Origin: Setoptus koraiensis
Lineage: Eukaryota > Animalia > Arthropoda
Direction of reading: 5' to 3'
Length of the DNA: 64,000 nucleotides
NCBI GenBank assembly: GCA_048013815.1
Contig: CM106586.1
Span: forward strand, 18,724,001 to 18,788,000
Shown here: piece after piece, positions 62,401-64,000 of the stretch
Layout: each line of letters starts with the position of its first letter
How positions within the stretch are numbered: position 1 is the first letter of the stretch
The notes under the pieces: generated by a model
What the model was told of the DNA's origin: nothing
Database searches by the model: none
Seen by the model: only the letters and a program-made list of their open reading frames with translations
Program-made: the position numbers and the translations under genes

Positions 62401-63494
62401 TCAGCAGCCGATAGAGTGCTTGCCGGATCACCGGATGAGCTGCTGTTTGAGGGGCTGCTGAGATCGTCGCTGTCGTTTTCATTGTCGTCGGGCTCTTTGG
62501 TCGAGCCGATTAGTTCGTCCTCGCCAAGAACGGAGTCTGTTGTTGATGTCAACGAAGAATCGTCGCCTGCAGATGGATCTGGCAGGCTGCTGCTGCTGCT
62601 GCTAGATGTTGCGTCACTATTAGTTGCCGAAGCGGCGGTGGTGCTAGTGTGCACTTGTCTCTTGTGCCGTCTTGTTCGCTGATAGGTATGCCGCTGTTGG
62701 TTCTCGTATTCTTCTTCCGGTTCGTCTGGCAGCAACTCAATGGTGACGGCCCCGCTGCGATTTGAATCGTCGGCATGCTGCGATCGTTGCTGCAAGCGAC
62801 CGTTTATTTGTCTGCCATGCGAGCGTTGTCCAACATTGTGATCTGTCTCTATTTTGTCTATGTCATCCTGTTTGGGCGAGTTCCTCTCATCAATGGGCAG
62901 ATTGCATAGGCTATCGTCGTAGTCATGGTCTGGCGTGCGATCGTCGCCTACTCTAAGTCTCGATTGAAAATCTCGTCCCTCGCTGACAGACGAAACCTTT
63001 TTCATTGTTGGCTTGCTACGCACCGACTGCCTTGACTGGCCATCATTGTTGTCTCGATAAAAGTCTCGCTGGCCTGCCGATAAATGGCCCTCATCTCGCT
63101 GGCCCTCATATTCTATCTTGACGAAATGTTCTGTGGGTCGCTTGTCGACAGTGCGCGCTCGTTGATAGTTGTCATCGTCATTGGAAACACTAACGCGTGC
63201 TCCAATTTCTAGATCTGACACGGGCGGTGCCGAGTGTGACTTATGTTGTCGTGTATTTTTTCTCACTATCTCACTGACTTGTCGCTGATAGTTATCATCG
63301 TGATCATTGTAGTGCTCTAGTTGATATTGCTGTCGTTGTTGTTGCTGATGGTCTGATTGTTGTCGATTGTAAATGAGGCCGGCTTGCGCGATCATTGCGC
63401 TTAGGCACAATAGGCCCACAAACACTATTAGAGACGGACAGAAAGATTTGATTGAATTCATTGTGACAATTTTCACTTTGTCATGTGTTGCCAA
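59409..63494 (-). CDS. nrf-6: Nose-resistant-to-fluoxetine-6-like protein (signal peptide, long N-terminal extension, NRF domain, acyltransferase-3 membrane domain), 4 exons, ~1135 aa
   Basis: Exons 63494(or 63461)-62159, 62066-61929, 61802-60727 and 60266-59409 with gtaagt donors and consistent phases 1/1/0. NRF motifs SNCSGALLKW, MLDASGKPGAGILEG, FGNYRQCL and FRGQYC. AT3-type segments KYARLMP, GPVWNDY, CQQNGWIN, GKLSFLAYIIHP and FVEMP. The symbol denotes the family, not strict orthology. Confidence 0.85.
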
Positions 63495-63861
63495 TAAGAT
63501 TACTGTGTGTGTATATGAGTATTATGTAAGATAGGTGTTGCGTTAATTAACTATTTATGTTGGTGTCGCATACGATTTGTCGATGCGTTTTGTGTTGTAT
63601 GCAGTGTGATCAGTGTGATGCAAATATATATATATATATATGCGTTCACATATAATATAAAATTTTATTATACGCTTCAGGAATGCGATTCAATTAGAAT
63701 GTGTCGATATGTGTTGCTGCTGCTGCCGCCGCCGCCAACGAACTAACTCATGCGAAATGAATATTGGCAATGAATTCTTTTATTTATATGATTGCTATGC
63801 TGTTGCATAAGACGTTGCGCGGGTCGCGGGTTGTTTGTTCGCTTGATATGCAGACGCTATG

Positions 63862-63875
63862 GTAACTATGGCAAC
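63862..63875. promoter_or_regulatory. RFX X-box upstream of the NRF-6-like gene
   Basis: GTAACT-AT-GGCAAC is an exact fit to GTHNYY-AT-RRNAAC, ~370 bp upstream of the first ATG. It could instead serve a gene beyond the window edge. Confidence 0.45.
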
Positions 63876-64000
63876 AACTCTTTTGCCGGGAATATTTGTG
63901 ATGCGCCAAAAAAGTGCAAAACTTCATAAGGCGAATTATAATACAGTACATTGGACATTAGATGAAGTATTGATTAGCGCACACAGATACAGAAGAAAAC

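Overview
Eukaryotic DNA from a compact, microsatellite-rich arthropod genome. The intron-poor metabolic genes and poly-Q/N expansions suggest a mite, possibly eriophyoid; this is inference. Exon-level models built by hand support seven intact genes: a 3-exon Dok-family adaptor (-, with a 10.2-kb intron), a TRPV Inactive-like channel (+, at least 9 exons, with an RFX X-box upstream), intronless dihydropyrimidine dehydrogenase, 3-exon ceramide transfer protein CERT, two head-to-head HMG-CoA reductase genes and a 4-exon NRF-6/acyltransferase-3 gene. An orphan NRF-6 pseudo-exon and a 209-bp Tc1/mariner-type MITE are also present. The most striking structure is a ~10.7-kb interrupted palindrome (~49925-60615, centre ~54296). 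It duplicates an HMGCR that appears to lack its membrane domain. The two copies differ at only 2 nt in the first 651 coding nt, yet carry 17 of their 24 amino-acid differences in the predicted NADP(H)-binding small domain. The HMGCR coding end overlaps the convergent acyltransferase-like gene, whose AT3 signature residues are degenerate. Bases 1-4700 could not be confidently annotated.
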